A stretch of 64,000 nucleotides of DNA from Octopus sinensis (lineage: Eukaryota): NCBI RefSeq assembly GCF_006345805.1, contig NC_043000.1:51150001-51214000 (forward strand), in the 5' to 3' direction. The notes under the pieces are model-generated. The model was not told the origin of the DNA. It saw only the letters and a list, made by a program, of their open reading frames with translations, and made no database searches. Position 1 is the first letter of the stretch, and each line of letters starts with the position of its first letter. Shown here one piece after another: positions 1 to 14,565 of this stretch. A program made the position numbers and the translations under genes.

Positions 1-1238
1 TACATTCAACAATATATTCAGTCCTTCTACCCAAGGCATTAACTCAGTGCAACTCCATTCCTGCACATTTTTTCATGCTGTCAATAAAGCAATAAAAGAT
101 TAATACCTGTTAGATATTTTTTAATTTTCTGAATTTCTCAAGTATTTAAACAAAATTTAAAGAAATATTTTACAATAAAAAATATATTGAAATTAAGACA
201 ATTATATTTGATTTCTGGAATTATTTCGATAACTGGAAAAGTTCCAACATCAATCTCTACATATGCATTCCCTCTTCACCGAATTTCACTTAGCAAGACA
301 GTCTATTGGAATTTTAATCTTCAATTTTGTTCTGAAATAAACACCAAAAATTGTCTTTAAAATATGAAAGCTTAGTTAATGAAATAAAGGTAAAAAATAG
401 AATTACAAATAAAACTTAAATCTATTCTTTTTTCTTAAAAAAATAGATATTTTTCTTTTTTTTTTGTATATTTTCAACCCAAACCAGTATAATATCTTTC
501 TAAACAAAAATCTAGATTTACTCACTGAGTGTGTGAATTTCAAAGAGAATGCTTCTCTCGTGATTAATTTCGCTTAATTGCTTTCGGAATTTCAAATTCT
601 TATTCAATTTTAGTTATTTTAATTGAAATAGAAATTCCAAAGCAGTTATTGATTTGTGAAAGAGCTCCCTCTCCACGTTTTCCTTTTAATCATTGCTTGC
701 TTGCTCATCATTGGTTTTATTCAGTAACTTTCATTTATCACACACAATACCTTGCTTTCGAAACATGTTTCCCTTCATGCAAATTGTGCATCCAGTAACA
801 TCTTTGAGAATAACTGATACACTCTAGGGAAGCATATGGCATTAAGCCTGGTATTCTTTGATCCAAATAAAAATAAACATTCGTAATTATTCAGTTAAAA
901 TGTTTCTCTCTTCAGACAGACTCACATGCTCTTTCTTTTTCTATAAAATGTTCTTTCTATATCAAGTTACGAAAATAAGAAGACAATGGATTAATCTTGT
1001 TTTAATAAGGATGATTAGTAATGATATTAATTCCAGTAATAATGGTTAACTTGGACGCATCACCACAAATAATAGTAACAATGCTCTCATAATACCACCA
1101 TTGTCTTTATTATTGCTATCATCACTACCCTCACAATCCTCTATCATTTACTTTGTTAGAACCACATCTATCTAACAAAATATTTTTATTTAGATAAAAG
1201 ATTCTACCAGTATAAATCTGAATCTATTTGTAATTCAG

Positions 1239-1240
<2 letters not shown>

Positions 1241-1279
<39 letters not shown>

Positions 1280-1307
1280 CATTATTATTATTATTATTAT
1301 TATTATT
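1241..1307. repeat. (ATT)n microsatellite
   Basis: About 22 ATT units with one ATC interruption; explains the poly-Asn ORF 1224-1415. Confidence 0.97.
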
Positions 1308-4300
1308 CCTGTCGTTTATGTTCACACAGCAATGTTTTATGGAAATGAGTGTTGAGAATATTTGACTGGGACAGCTGTTATGAGAGAAAAAAAAGAAACA
1401 AAAAAGCCTCTTCACTAGAGCTTAATGTGAAAATGAAAGGTTGATATTGAAAATACAGAAATGTTCCTTTAAACAAATGTTTCATTTGACTGTCTCTAAT
1501 TCAAGTAAGCAATGCCACCAAAAACACAAGTAAGAACTTGATTTGAAAGCTTCAGTGAATACTATGTTATGTGGATTAAGTAAAATACTATAATCATTCA
1601 AGAAATAGTGTTCTCAATGTATTGGTAGCAACTTGTACGGCATTGATGTTTTTCATATTGACATCTGGTGTAATAAATTCAGCTTCTTATATCATAGTGC
1701 AGATGGCAGGATATCAAATAAGGTTAGCTTCTTTCATAACATTTTTGAATTCAACTCTTGCCAGGAGGGAATTCCATTAATCTTTCCATGATTAATATGG
1801 AATGGTTATGATTATGATTTCTCTCCCAACAAAATGGATCTTATATCTGATCAAAAGAAAACAAAATTAATTCTGATATTCATTTTATGAGACTCTTTGA
1901 ATGTGATGTATATTATGTTCTATTCCAAAGCAAGGAGTGCTGAAATCAGTAAGATTCCTATCTTAGAGGCCTTGAAATTTAATATAAGGATATGATATGC
2001 TTTTTTTTCTTTTCTTTTAAGTGGAAAAGAGGTTCCAAAGAAAAGAAAAGTTTTATCTTAATTCTAAAATATAATAGATTATCTGTGCTTTAAATGTTTC
2101 TTTATTTCTATTCTTAAAATTGCCTTGTTGAAATTTGTAGTGGTTTGAAAGTATTTACTTGCCATAACTGGTAACATTAAAGCATTCTCAGAAGAGATCT
2201 TCAGAATAAAGAGTCTGAAATTAATGAGCAACAACCATTAGTGAATGTAACTGCATAGTATTACTAGCATAGTTCAATGGTGAAACTAAAGCTTTAAGAA
2301 GATATTATTGTAAAGTTCAACCTCAAAAGTGAATGAGGGGAAGCAATCAATATTTTGAATATCTTAGATAATGTTCTATACTAAAATACAATAATGCTAT
2401 TGAAGGGCTGAATAAGAACTAGTGCCTTAAGAATGAAAGAAATGTTTGCTTTGATGTGTTATATATTCACTCTGATAGGATGAAAGGGAAGAATGTGCAC
2501 TGTGTCTTTCCAAAATTGATCTAATAAAAACATTAGTTCTAATCAAAGGAATATAAAATAATTAATACCAACCAATAAATTTAAATTGAGATATTAATCT
2601 CATTATTGATCATAGTGTTACACATTTATTATTAACAACTACCCATAGTTAGTATTTATTAATTAGATATAGGCTGGAATATTTTAAATATAGTTCCTTG
2701 TATCATGAGATAATATTAATGAGTATGTTTTACATAAATGATGTTATATTACCTACTGAAGTATTAGGTATTAGAAATAGAGAATGTTTTTAAACATTGT
2801 CTCTAGTTTGCCATTTTTAACTCCATGAAGTCTGTGACAGAAAATGAAATTAAGTAGAAATCATATGTTAGACAGCTTTGATATAGTATCATTGATAATG
2901 TTGATCGTTTGTATGAGAGGCTAATGAAATATGTTTAAATCTACTTTTCATTGTAATCAGTCAGAAGATAGATATTGGGTAATGTTTATATAAACTATGG
3001 GAAATAAAAATTCATTAATTTCCAATTTGAGTTGACAATGACATAGTGAATATAAGTGTTGATTGAGTTGATTGTTAAGTTTTGTAGTGTACTTGGTGGT
3101 CTTAAGTTCTCTCTTTGGCTCAGTTAATCTGTAAATACTGTAGTTCAAATGGAATGAGCAAGGAGAATTGCAAATTTGAGAATAACTAATACAACAATAT
3201 TCTACCTTCAAATACTAAATAAAGGGCCCAGATTGAATGTCTGTGAAAATTACTGAACATAACAGTTACTTAAAAGACCAATAGATACACTTGCCAAGTT
3301 GGTGTGTCTGTAATAACCAGAATGAGAACTCTCATGCAAATCTTTTAGAGAGTTTATATTTAAAGCATTTGAAACATTACCAAACATATATACCAATGTG
3401 CACATAACATTTTTTCAGCTCTTGGTATAATGTTCATATTTGGCTGTTGCATGAGCATGTTTCAAGTGACAAATCGTTATGGTAAAAATTATATACAAAT
3501 GTATGTGGTAAAGTAATTTGAAAGAAGTTTTTAAAGCTGTGTTAACATGACAAAAGTAGTAGAGTGTGGTAATGTTTTGGACAGGGTCACTTGTGTGAGA
3601 AAATACTGGGAGAATGAAATAGTCTTGTAGGTACTGCTTTAGAAAGCTGGTTAATGTCTGCTCTGATAATGAAGTATGGATATTCAATATAGTTGCAATT
3701 GTAATATTTTCTCTTAAAGACCAGTACCTATGTTACTTTCAGTGTGTGTTCAATGTTTAAATTCAACTTCCTGAATATAAATTTCCAGATTTTACTGGTC
3801 ATGACTTAGATAATAACTATCTCCTTTACAGTATTATTTCTATTGTTAGTGTGGCAGTAAAAAGCTGAAAAGCTAAAAGCCTACTCAACAGACAATATTT
3901 TTATAGCTATTTCAATATAGAGCATAGTTTTAAAAAAATCTTTTATAAAATAATGAGAATGTGTATTATATTAAGCAAGAATTAAATGCTTTCCCCCAAA
4001 ATACTTTAGGTTAAGGGAAAATATTGACTTCAGAATAGTAATTTCAAAACACTGAAGGGTGGGCCCATTAATTTAAAGATAGTTATTGAAGTGCTTTCTT
4101 TTAAACAAATTTCAACAAGAAAAATATTCAAAACAATTAGAAAATTAGACGATAATACTCTGAGAATATTAATTACATTTAAATGACCTATTACACTATC
4201 AAGATATTTGTCAAAGAAAATGTCCTCAGCAACTTACATTAATAAAAGCCTGGTAATATTGAGCAGTTTCCATGATAAATGTTCATTGGATTTCAAAGTA

Positions 4301-6625
4301 CATTTATGATACTAGAGATGCAGCTTTGGAAGACTGGTTCAGATTGTTGGCGCAGAGACCACAATTTGGGATGTGTCTTGTAAAAATCACTGTGCTTAAG
4401 CAGTCTACTTAAGTGAAACCTTGTACTTACATGGCAACCAGTTTGATAGCTTACAGGACAAAGATCAAATTATATCAAAACTGATTTAGTCATATCAAGT
4501 TTCTGTTGGTTACATTTGTATAACAAATGATCTATATAAGTCAAAGAAATCATGTCATTGGATTCAGATCTGCTTCTGTCAAGAATGGTGTGGTTTCTAT
4601 CTCTTACTTTGCTATATCGGAAAGGAAACTACACACAGATAGAAACATGAGCAATAATAATATTTGATTCTGAGTGACAGTTATGCATGCATAAATATTT
4701 TATCAACTCAAAAGCAATAAAAGTTTAAGCCATTCTTTTCAGGAATCAAACCAACAAATCTAAAGCATGTATTATAGTATTGATGAGGCTAATTTGAAAA
4801 TAAAGTGTCACAAGTTTCTTGAGATTTCTTAAATTAATAAATAACAAAAGTTCATTTCTCAAAATAGAACCATATTTATATTTACCCTCTTCATCTTCTC
4901 TCCGTCTGCAGATTTAATTCCCTGATGGGAGGTACTGATTGATTTTAGTTAAATGTTTACCAAAAGCTGTAACTTGATTGCTGTTAAGTTCTGCTTCAAC
5001 TATGTTGATTTTAGAAATTCACCAGAGGTTAGATATTTCTGAAACAATTGTTATCACTGCAATATTTCCCAGAGACCTCTGCTATCATACATAGCTGGAT
5101 TAATGAACCTTAGAATGTGAAAAATCTCTATTTAACCAATCAGGTAGCTCTCTCCTGGGGCAACATTTTGGACATGTGCCAGAAATGCAAACATGTTCAA
5201 CACAATATCAACAAAGTAATGCTTGTACTAGAGAAAGGAAGAAGAAATTTCTGCATTGGCTTTAGAGATAATCAACTTAATGAGAATAAAGCCTAGCATG
5301 AGAACTTAAGTGAAAATTACAAACATAATTTTTTGAAATATGATGTATGCGTCTCTTAATATTTAGATAATTCTCACAAAAATTTTGCTAACATATCACT
5401 GGGTTTTTTCATTCAATTTTACATTATATTTGCCAGATTTTTAATTCTCTCTCAAATGCATTTTGTAAATGTACAAACATATGCATTGTTAGTTCATTAA
5501 TATTAGCATCACAGTATTCATTTTAATGTTTATCCATTAAATGATATCAACAATAAATTCTGTTACGAATTATAATGTGTGTTTGTGTTTGCATTAGGTC
5601 AGGAATTTTATTTTTTAGTACATTGTACAGGATCCTAACCTCGTCCAATCCTTCATATTTTGTGACTGTGTAAAAGCTAACATCACTTTTCAACACAGTT
5701 CCTGTGGTCATGATTTAATTAATCTAATGAGTCATTAATATAATTCTCACTTGTAGCACTCAATATGAATACAAGTATTCAATTTACAGCATTTCATATT
5801 ATATTCAAATGCATTATGGAAAAGTGTATAAGAAACAAATTAAACATGATGCATTGCTTACACATTTTTTGAATGAGCTTATAATGCATGTGTCACTATC
5901 CATCACATATGGTTCTTACTGAGTGAGGAAATAATTAAATATTGTAATAAAAAAAAAAGTCATCTGAATTTGTGGTACTAACAGAGTTTAGGGAATAAAA
6001 GATTTGCTGATGTTGGCATGTAATGAAATTAATGATTTTAGTTAAAGTTGTATAACAAAAGTAATTTATAGGGATTTGGCGGTGATGACTATGAAGCAGA
6101 AAAGAAAAAAGTATTCAGGTTTACATGATGGTTACTGCTGCGACATAGAGAAGCATTATATTGCTTACACATCATTCGTGAAACCTGTTGGTTCACTGTC
6201 ATTGAAACACCTGCATGTTAGAAATTAATTGATATTAGTAAGAGATCAGGAAACAGCTTGCTTGTGCAGGTGTGATCACTTGGAAATGCCACATACCAGT
6301 TGTCAGGAGGTTTCAGGTGTCATTGGGAGAGATCGTGATTTGTTTTGGAGCATTTAGTGCACATTCTCTATGTTTAGTCATAAAAACATACTTTATGGAT
6401 CAAATCTGATCTAGTAGTACTAAAATATGAAAATATGATAATGTTTTACCAATTTCTACATGCATTTCAAGGTATAAACCATGCCAGTGATGCTATAATG
6501 TAATTTCAATTCATCTCATCTTTGATTCATTTTCAGTTTAATTCTTAACACAAAAGAACAACTAAAATTATCATTATTATAGCATGTCTTTTTATATTAT
6601 ATAGGTTTGGTTAGTTTAGTCACTA

Positions 6626-7002
6626 TACTCTTTTACTTGTTTCAGTCATTTGACTATGGCCATGCTGGAGCACCACATTTAGTCGAGCAAATTCACCCCA
6701 AGACTTATTCTTTGTAAGCCTAGTACTTATTCTATCAGTCTCTTTTGCCGAATTGCTAAGTTACAGGAGTGTAAACACACCAGCATCGGTTGTCAAGCGA
6801 TGTTGTGGGGGACAAACACAGACACACATATAAATGATGGGCTTCTTTCAGTTTCAGTCTACCAAATCCACTCACAAGGCTTTGGTTGGCCTGAGGCTGT
6901 AGTAGAAGACACTTGCCCAAGGTGCCACACAGTGGGACTGAACCCCGGAACCATGTGGTTCATAAGCAAGCTACTTACCACACAGCCACTCCTACGCCTA
7001 TA
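6626..7002 (-). mobile_element. Full-length tRNA-derived SINE, family A (CORE-like body, LINE-derived tail)
   Basis: Minus strand begins GGCGTAGGAGTGGCTGTGTGGTAAG (A-box-like), then GGTTCAGTCCC (B-box-like) and a CORE-like CCTTGGGCAAGT, and ends CAGCATGGCCATAGTCAAATGACTGAAACAAGTAAAAGAG. At least seven homologous copies lie in the window. Confidence 0.9.
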
Positions 7003-7715
7003 GCATAGTATAGTATAGAATCAATTAAGATTTTCATTTTCTATAGAAAGAATTACATTTTAAGGACCCATTTTATTGGCAGTGTCCATCACATCTTTGT
7101 TTTCTTTCTCTCATTCCTGAATTAGTCGACAAGATGCCTTTGCAAATGAGTGTAGTAATGTCCTTTCTAACATGACTTGGCAAGTCATCAGTATCTTGCT
7201 AGTGTTTACTGTTAATAAAGCAACTACAGACTTCTAGATTTGATTGGGATTTAATGGCAGTCAGCCAATATACTCTAACAAGCTCTCTGAAATTAATTTA
7301 GGCAATGATCTGGAATCTTTTCGTACTTCTAAATGAATTACTTTGATTAAAATGGAGTAAACCCCTACTTTGATACTTTCAGGAAATTTATCTTCATAAA
7401 AGTTCTTTATAATCTTTTAAAGTTAGAGATAGAAGGAGTAATGTTGGTATTGGTGTGTTTTGACTTTGTTTGTGTGTGTGTATGTGAGATGTATCCTTAT
7501 ATGCATCTGTATATATATGTACATATATGCATATGTATGCAGATATTTAAGGGACTTTTAGAAGGTTGGGCAAATGGCCCAACCTTCTAAATTCTTTTGC
7601 AGGGCTTAGAAAAACTGAAGAACGACTGCAATAAGTGTGTGAATCTGAGAGGGGATCATAATTAACTGATCCTCCTGTATTTTCTTTTGGCCAAAGCCAG
7701 GAACTTTTCAGCATC

Positions 7716-7960
<245 letters not shown>

Positions 7961-9898
7961 ATATATCATTATCATTTAACATGGAGGACTTAATAGGGTC
8001 TGCTTTGGCATGGTTTCTATTGCCAGATGTCTTTCCCAGAGCCATCTACTTTACAAAGTGTAACTGTTTTTGATTTTTTGTTTTTCTCTTTTGAGTCCAG
8101 AACTAATGAATGTTATAATATGCAAAGATAAGGGCTCAAAATAGTTCCTGTAAATTGAGTGGGAACAGAAAAGAGATTGGATTTTAGGTGATGCAATGAT
8201 CAGGGTGGAGAAGAAACCAGCAGAACAGATATTGGGAATGCAAAACTTTACAGTTCCATTGTTTGGTAGAATGAGCCTAAGCCGTTGGTCATCTATTGAA
8301 AAGTAGCATGTTGCCAAATTGAAATTTGACATTCAACTGGAGCCCACTTGCTTTTTTGTTTTTGTTTTGGTGAAAGTAAATTATTTTTCTTCAGTCTTGA
8401 AGCTAGAAGTGTGTTCAGGACCAGTTGAAAGTTCAGTAGAATTGTCATCCCTGTCCACTTCATCGTTTAAGGAACGTAGTCGATCAGTTTGGAAAAATGA
8501 ATGGACTTTGATTGATTCATCGTATTAAAATGGTCAGCATACTGAATAAAGATTTGGAAAGACAGTTTTGCATTTGTTCTTTGTAAAAAACCCAGTTGTA
8601 TTGTTACTTCAGAATGTAGTCGTATGATGATTGCTCTGCTCTTGTCATATTATGGTCAAGGCAAAAATATCGATCATCTCTTTTAATTTAAGCATCTCTT
8701 TTAATTTATATAGTCTGTGTGAATGAACACTCAGATTGAATGTATTGCTCTTTACTTATCTCCGTGACCTATATGACTAATAAAACATATCTGCTACACT
8801 TCCATAAGATCCAGTGAAATGGTTTGTCACTGTTTATTATAAAAGTACATGGAACATAGCAAGAAAGATCTGTCTGGCTTTCCTCATTCATAATGATTTG
8901 AGAAAATATTCTGAATATACAATATTATGTAAAATTAAATGGTCTTATCTCAAAACTATATAAACACACACATGCACATGTGTGCGTGTGCGCACACACA
9001 CACATACACACACACGTGCAGACATGAAGCTATATACAATGATGACACTTTGGAAATCAGCATTGAAAAGGCTTTCTGGTCCATATCAAATCATCACTGA
9101 TGGAAATTGATTGTTGACAAGTGTTAGTAACTGACTCAGTTTTTTCAGCAATAGTATTAACAATGTGTTAAATGAAAGCATAATATTTGGCACCTTATTA
9201 TAAGAAAACAATACTATTTAATAACAGCAAAAAATGATGACGTTGATGAAATAGATATGATTAATTATATAAATTATTAACATTTCATCATTAAGCAATC
9301 ATGTACAGAAAATAAGTAATTTAATATAACCTATAATTCACCACTAATTTAGCCAGATTAAAACGTAGCATTTGTAGTGCAGTGTTCTTACTCTGTCTGT
9401 TGTCATATTTTCTTTCTTCAATCCTGCTCATTTAGCAATGGTACTTTTCCATTTGTGTGCAACTTGTCATGTATATCATTTCACCATTTCAGTACTCCTC
9501 TGCATTTTCACACTTTTCGACCACACATTTTTTCTTCTGTGTGTGTGATGCTCTCACCTGAAGTTACATAAAATTGTTTATTCAAAGAAATATCTTACAG
9601 TGGAATTCTTCTACTCCAAAAAGTGTATCATTTAAAGTTGTCCCTGCCATTCTTCTGATCAAGTGCATCTTAACTCTATTGATTTTTGTAAGCCCTACCA
9701 GTGTTATCAGATGTGTAATTTGATCTAAAGCATTTAAAATTTTGCATCAATTTTCTGTGGTTATACAATATAAGTATTTGTGTGTGTATATGCATTAAAT
9801 CTCCATCTCCTTCTATGAGTCTCTCTTTGTTTCTCTTTGTCTCTTTCTCTCTCACATATACATTATCTAACTATCTCTTTCTTGAAGTATATAATCAT

Positions 9899-10300
9899 AT
9901 AGGTGCAGGTATGGCTGTGTGGTTATGAAGTTCACTTGCCAATTATGTGGTTACATGTTCACTCCCAAGATACTGCACTTTGGCAAAATGTGTTCTTATA
10001 TTGCCTCAGGCTGATCCTGGAAATAAGATTTGGTTGATGGAATAACTATGAAAAGGCTTATTGTGTGTGTGTGTGTGTGTATGTTTGTGTGCATATTCAC
10101 TTGTTCAATGCTTAAAAGTGGTGCCGTTATTTATGTCGTGTTAGTTCATGTCCTAGTTTAGTAGTTCAACAAAGAAATTAATAAAATATATACTAAACTA
10201 AAATAAATTCTTAGTTTGAAATGTGTTTGACTAAACTCCTGAAGACAGTGCCCCAGGATGGCTGCAGTACAAGGATTAGCCAATAGAAAAATGAAAGAAT
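9899..10300 (+). mobile_element. Old, diverged family A SINE
   Basis: AGGTGCAGGTATGGCTGTGTGGTTATGAAG head, internal (GT)n tract and CAGTGCCCCAGGATGGCTGCAG tail align by eye with the 6626-7002 consensus. Confidence 0.7.
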
Positions 10301-11805
10301 ACATTTTCTCTCTTTTACAGTCTCTGCTTCTTGAAAGTTTTTCCCAGTTACTTAGACTCCCACACACTAATCTCTTTGCATATAGGACTCTAACTGGCTA
10401 TAATTTTGGTTCAGTTTTAGAAATCATCTAATTCTAAATGTTGTATTTAGCAAAAGATATAATCAGAAAATCAAATTTAGGTTTTAAAGAAGCTACATCA
10501 CACAAATTTTCATTCAATTTTATTTCCCTTCACCTTCAACATTTAAAACTGGTCTTTTATGGTAAAATACAGGACTTTTCCCCCAAGTGAATAAAAATTA
10601 ATAGTTTTATGTTATTGAGTTAGTATTTAGTAACATATAATGTGACTATTTATGCTAAGCATTTCAAACCAATTGTTTCAATGGGAAGCTGATCATATAT
10701 TTGGGAGATTTATAATTGTGATGATTGAAATAAAATTTATGCAAATTCTCCTAAATATAGTTCTAGTATGGCTGCTTTAAGCTATTGCAATACTAATGAC
10801 AGGAGAAGAATAAACTGGAATAATTAAATCATGATTTGATTTTAAATAAGTATATTTCAATAATTTAGCGAAATATTTACTCATACCACTTGAGTTTAGG
10901 TTATTGGTTATTGAATAATTTTAGAGAAAACAAAGCATATGAAATGGAATAAATGCACGTGTCTGTGTAACACTCATGCAAGTATATTTTGCATATGTGT
11001 TAATATACAGGCAGTTATAGTCATGCAAGTGCATACACAGAAAAATTCATAAGTGAAGCACTTTCAAATGTGCAGGCATAGATACACAACATGCAATTTC
11101 TATAATATATACAAGGAATCACATTGACAGAACAAAAATAATAGCTAGTGTGAAATGGTCACTGAAGCTCAGCATATATAAGCTTCCCAGTTGCTTTCCA
11201 GAATATAAAAGTAGCTAATAAATTATATTTACAATTCTCTTCTGAGTTACTAACCAGCAAACTTTTACAGTTTATACATAACAATACATTTAGTAGAACA
11301 ATTTATAAAATTATTAACCATTATAAATGGTGTTCTAATTCAAAAGTATTCCATAGAGACTTGTCGTTGTAAAACTTCATGCTTGAATACCAGTGATTTA
11401 TTAATTAATTTAAAAATAAAAATGATTATAGAAATGTCTTTAGCTTTTAAAAATTATTTTGTGTTTTTGTATGTATGTACGTGTGTGTGTGTATGTATAT
11501 ATGTGCATATGTATGTTTCAATTATGTGTGTCTGTATGTGAGTGCATGTTTGTGTGTATGCATATGTGTATACATGTGTATATAGTCATACACTCATTTA
11601 TACACACATGTATACAAGTATATTTACATTTACATTGTGTGTGTGTTCCTTTATATATGTTTACTCTTACATAATACTCATGTATATGAATATATATCAT
11701 AGCAAACTAAAAACTCTGAGTAGCAAATTTTAATACTTATATGAACTCAGTATGTGTATTATACTTTGTCTCACACTTTTAAAAGACAAAAGAAACAAAT
11801 ACATA

Positions 11806-11859
11806 TATCTATCTATCTATCTATCTATCTATCTGTCTGTCTGTCTGTCTGTCTGTCTG

Positions 11860-11894
<35 letters not shown>

Positions 11895-12017
11895 ATGTAT
11901 CAATCAATATATATACACACATACAGATATATGTATATATATATATGTGTGTGTGTATATATAAATATGTGTGTACACATATATATATACATATATATAT
12001 ATGCATATGTGTGTGTG

Positions 12018-12049
<32 letters not shown>

Positions 12050-12083
12050 TATATACATATATGTGTACACACACATATATATA

Positions 12084-12141
<58 letters not shown>

Positions 12142-12225
12142 TATATATCCATATGTGTACACACATATATATGCATATAATATATATATACATGCACGCA
12201 CATATATACTTGCATAAATACATAC

Positions 12226-12275
<50 letters not shown>

Positions 12276-12276
12276 G
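11806..12276. repeat. Compound (TCTA)n(TCTG)n plus TA/CA microsatellite block directly upstream of the exon
   Basis: Visible tetra- and dinucleotide tracts; source of the YIYI-type ORFs. Confidence 0.95.
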
Positions 12277-12385
12277 CCTCTGTAAGAATTTATGTATTCT
12301 AATGTAAATTTATTTTTAATGTTACACTTCAAACTATGGCTTAATGTGAATACATTTTAACTGTTACTTATAATGTTTCTTGCAG

Positions 12386-12566
12386 CATGCGAATGTGTGG
12401 TTTACCAGAGCTATGGTAATTCTAGAGGAAAATTCACTTCACCCAACTTCCCGGAGACATACCCTAGAAACATTAATTGCATTTTATATACCTTCATCGG
12501 TGACTTAGGAGAAATCATCGAACTATCATTTTTGGAGTTTGATTTAAAAATGCCAGGTCAAGACAG
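12386..12566 (+). CDS. Internal coding exon, N-terminal half of a CUB domain (possibly SOL-1/suppressor-of-lurcher-like)
   Basis: Acceptor TTTCTTGCAG| at 12385 with a TTAAC branch-like motif about 25 nt upstream, and donor AG|GTAAGA at 12567. Phase 1 in, phase 2 out, no stops. Peptide CECVVYQSYGNSRGKFTSPNFPETYPRNINCILYTFIGDLGEIIELSFLEFDL contains the CUB signature G-x-FTSPNFP-xx-YP-x-N-xx-C...EL-x-F-xx-FDL. The SOL-1 assignment rests on my recollection of the CxLYTFI motif and is unverified. Confidence 0.92.
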
Positions 12567-14565
12567 GTAAGAATTGAAATTTATGCATCTACTATATAAG
12601 TTCTAATTCAAATAAAATTGTCTTCATCTATATGTGTGTGTATGAGTGTGTGTATGTGCATTCATGTGTGTATACATATGATTTAGTATTCTATCATGAT
12701 CTTGCTAATCTCATGTTAAAAGAGATAAAAAATATTTTTCATTTATTTGCTGATGTTCAGTTTTATATACATAATGAATAGACTATGAATTTTCTGCTAA
12801 TATCTTTTCTGCTTTTAACTTAGATGTATTTTCATGTTTCTTTTCTTTATTGCCATAATGGAAAATGAATGTTTCTTAGCTTGCAGGATACTTAATTACT
12901 TTCTTATACACTCAAACACAAAACCAAAAGTTCAAAATTTTCCCTCATGCATTTTCTCATTTTTATATCTACATAATTACTGTCATATTATTATTATTAT
13001 TACTTTTTTTTTTGTTTTGAAAACATATTTATGTATTAATGAAGCATTATAATTTAGATTTAGTTTCAGGCTGAATAATCTAAGGCACATGAGGTAGAGA
13101 CCTATTGACAGTGCATAGTTTTCTTTGAAGCAAATGCAGCATGATTCGTGAGTGTGTGTGTATGAGAGAGACAGAGAGGGTAGTATATATGTGATTAAAG
13201 GCATATATTCATATATCTGTAATAGTTATGCGTGTATTGGTTGTTTGTGTACATATTTATGCAGCATTTTGCTTAAATGGGCATATATTTATACAGTTGT
13301 CTATAAGTCTTTGTGTGTATATGTGTATATAGGTATATATATTTGTATGTGTGTGTGTATAAATACAGATATAAATATAATTATATGCATATAAAATATA
13401 TCCTCAGTGTATATATATAAGCAATTGCATACATGCAAACACATAGAAGTAAATATATTTAAATGGGTTTGCATATTTACACATGTTAAGCATGTGCTTT
13501 ATTGTATAAATACATTTGGGAATTGTTTTTGATATGTATATACATATATTCAATTTTAAATTTGTTTGTTTCAGTGGAGCATTAAACATACAAAAATGTA
13601 TAATACCTTGCTATTTGATACCCCTTTGTTTGATATATCAATAGCATCCACTTAACACCCATTATAATTTTAACAATGTTTTGAATCTGCTTCAATAGAC
13701 AAACCCAGAATAATTCATTTTAACAATTATCAACAATGTCAATTGGTATTACATATTGATTGGAAGAGTCAAATTGCTGACAATTGTTCTACATTTGATG
13801 AAAACACATTATCAAACTTATTGGCAAGTTGTTACTACCATCATGCTCTCATCTAAGAAGTGACATATTTTGCCTTTGAGAGGTGTAAAAAGGAACAAAG
13901 ACAGAAAGAGAGAGGGAGAGAGTGAAAGCAGCAATTCTTGATAAATTATCACTCAAAATAGAATTTCATGAGTGTAAATTTGTGTGTTGGTATGTGTCTT
14001 TATAATACCTGTGCATACATATGCATGCACTGATATGTGTATGTGTGTATGCAATTGTATATATGTATGCTTAGAATTATATATGGTTTTATTTAAGCAA
14101 CTGTGTTTGATATGTACACACATTCTATTTAGTAAAAGTTACAGATCTTGTTACCAATATATTATCTACACTTTTATGTTGGGAAACATCTTCAGAATTC
14201 TCTCAATTAATTTCACTGTTGGAGTCATTCATTTCAGTTGTATGACATATGTATCACACTTAATTTCCAATAATGCTGTTATTGTTCTTTCTACTGAAAG
14301 ACTTTGTTAAGAAATCAGCTCAAAATTTAGTTGTTTAAATAAAATCTAAAATTTAAATCTTTCCTTCCGTATATATTTCTTACATATATAATATGGATCA
14401 AGAGTATTTTTTTAACATGTTGACTATTTCCCCCGCTTAGAGACCATCAATTATAGTTTTCACTGCACTGTTCCACCATAGAATATTATTAATTGCTTTG
14501 AATTTACTAGTTTAATAACCATTTGACTGTTACTTCTAACTAGAATAATATTAATAACTCATGCA

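Noticed and set aside
1224-1415. Poly-Asn ORF on the minus strand
   Set aside because: Translation of the (ATT)n tract.
4888-4937. Strong-looking acceptor (TCTTCTCTCCGTCTGCAG) followed by a 20-nt candidate mini-exon ending ATGGGAG|GTACTG, phase-compatible with the CUB exon
   Set aside because: Weak donor, no signal peptide, and such sites occur by chance; it needs spliced reads.
6940-7002. tRNA-like A/B boxes here and at 30600-30660
   Set aside because: They are SINE heads continuing into SINE bodies; no complete cloverleaf, so not called as tRNA genes.
8051-8528. Two moderately complex ORFs (93 aa on -, 69 aa on +)
   Set aside because: No recognisable motif or convincing splice sites, and adjoining frames are closed by stops.
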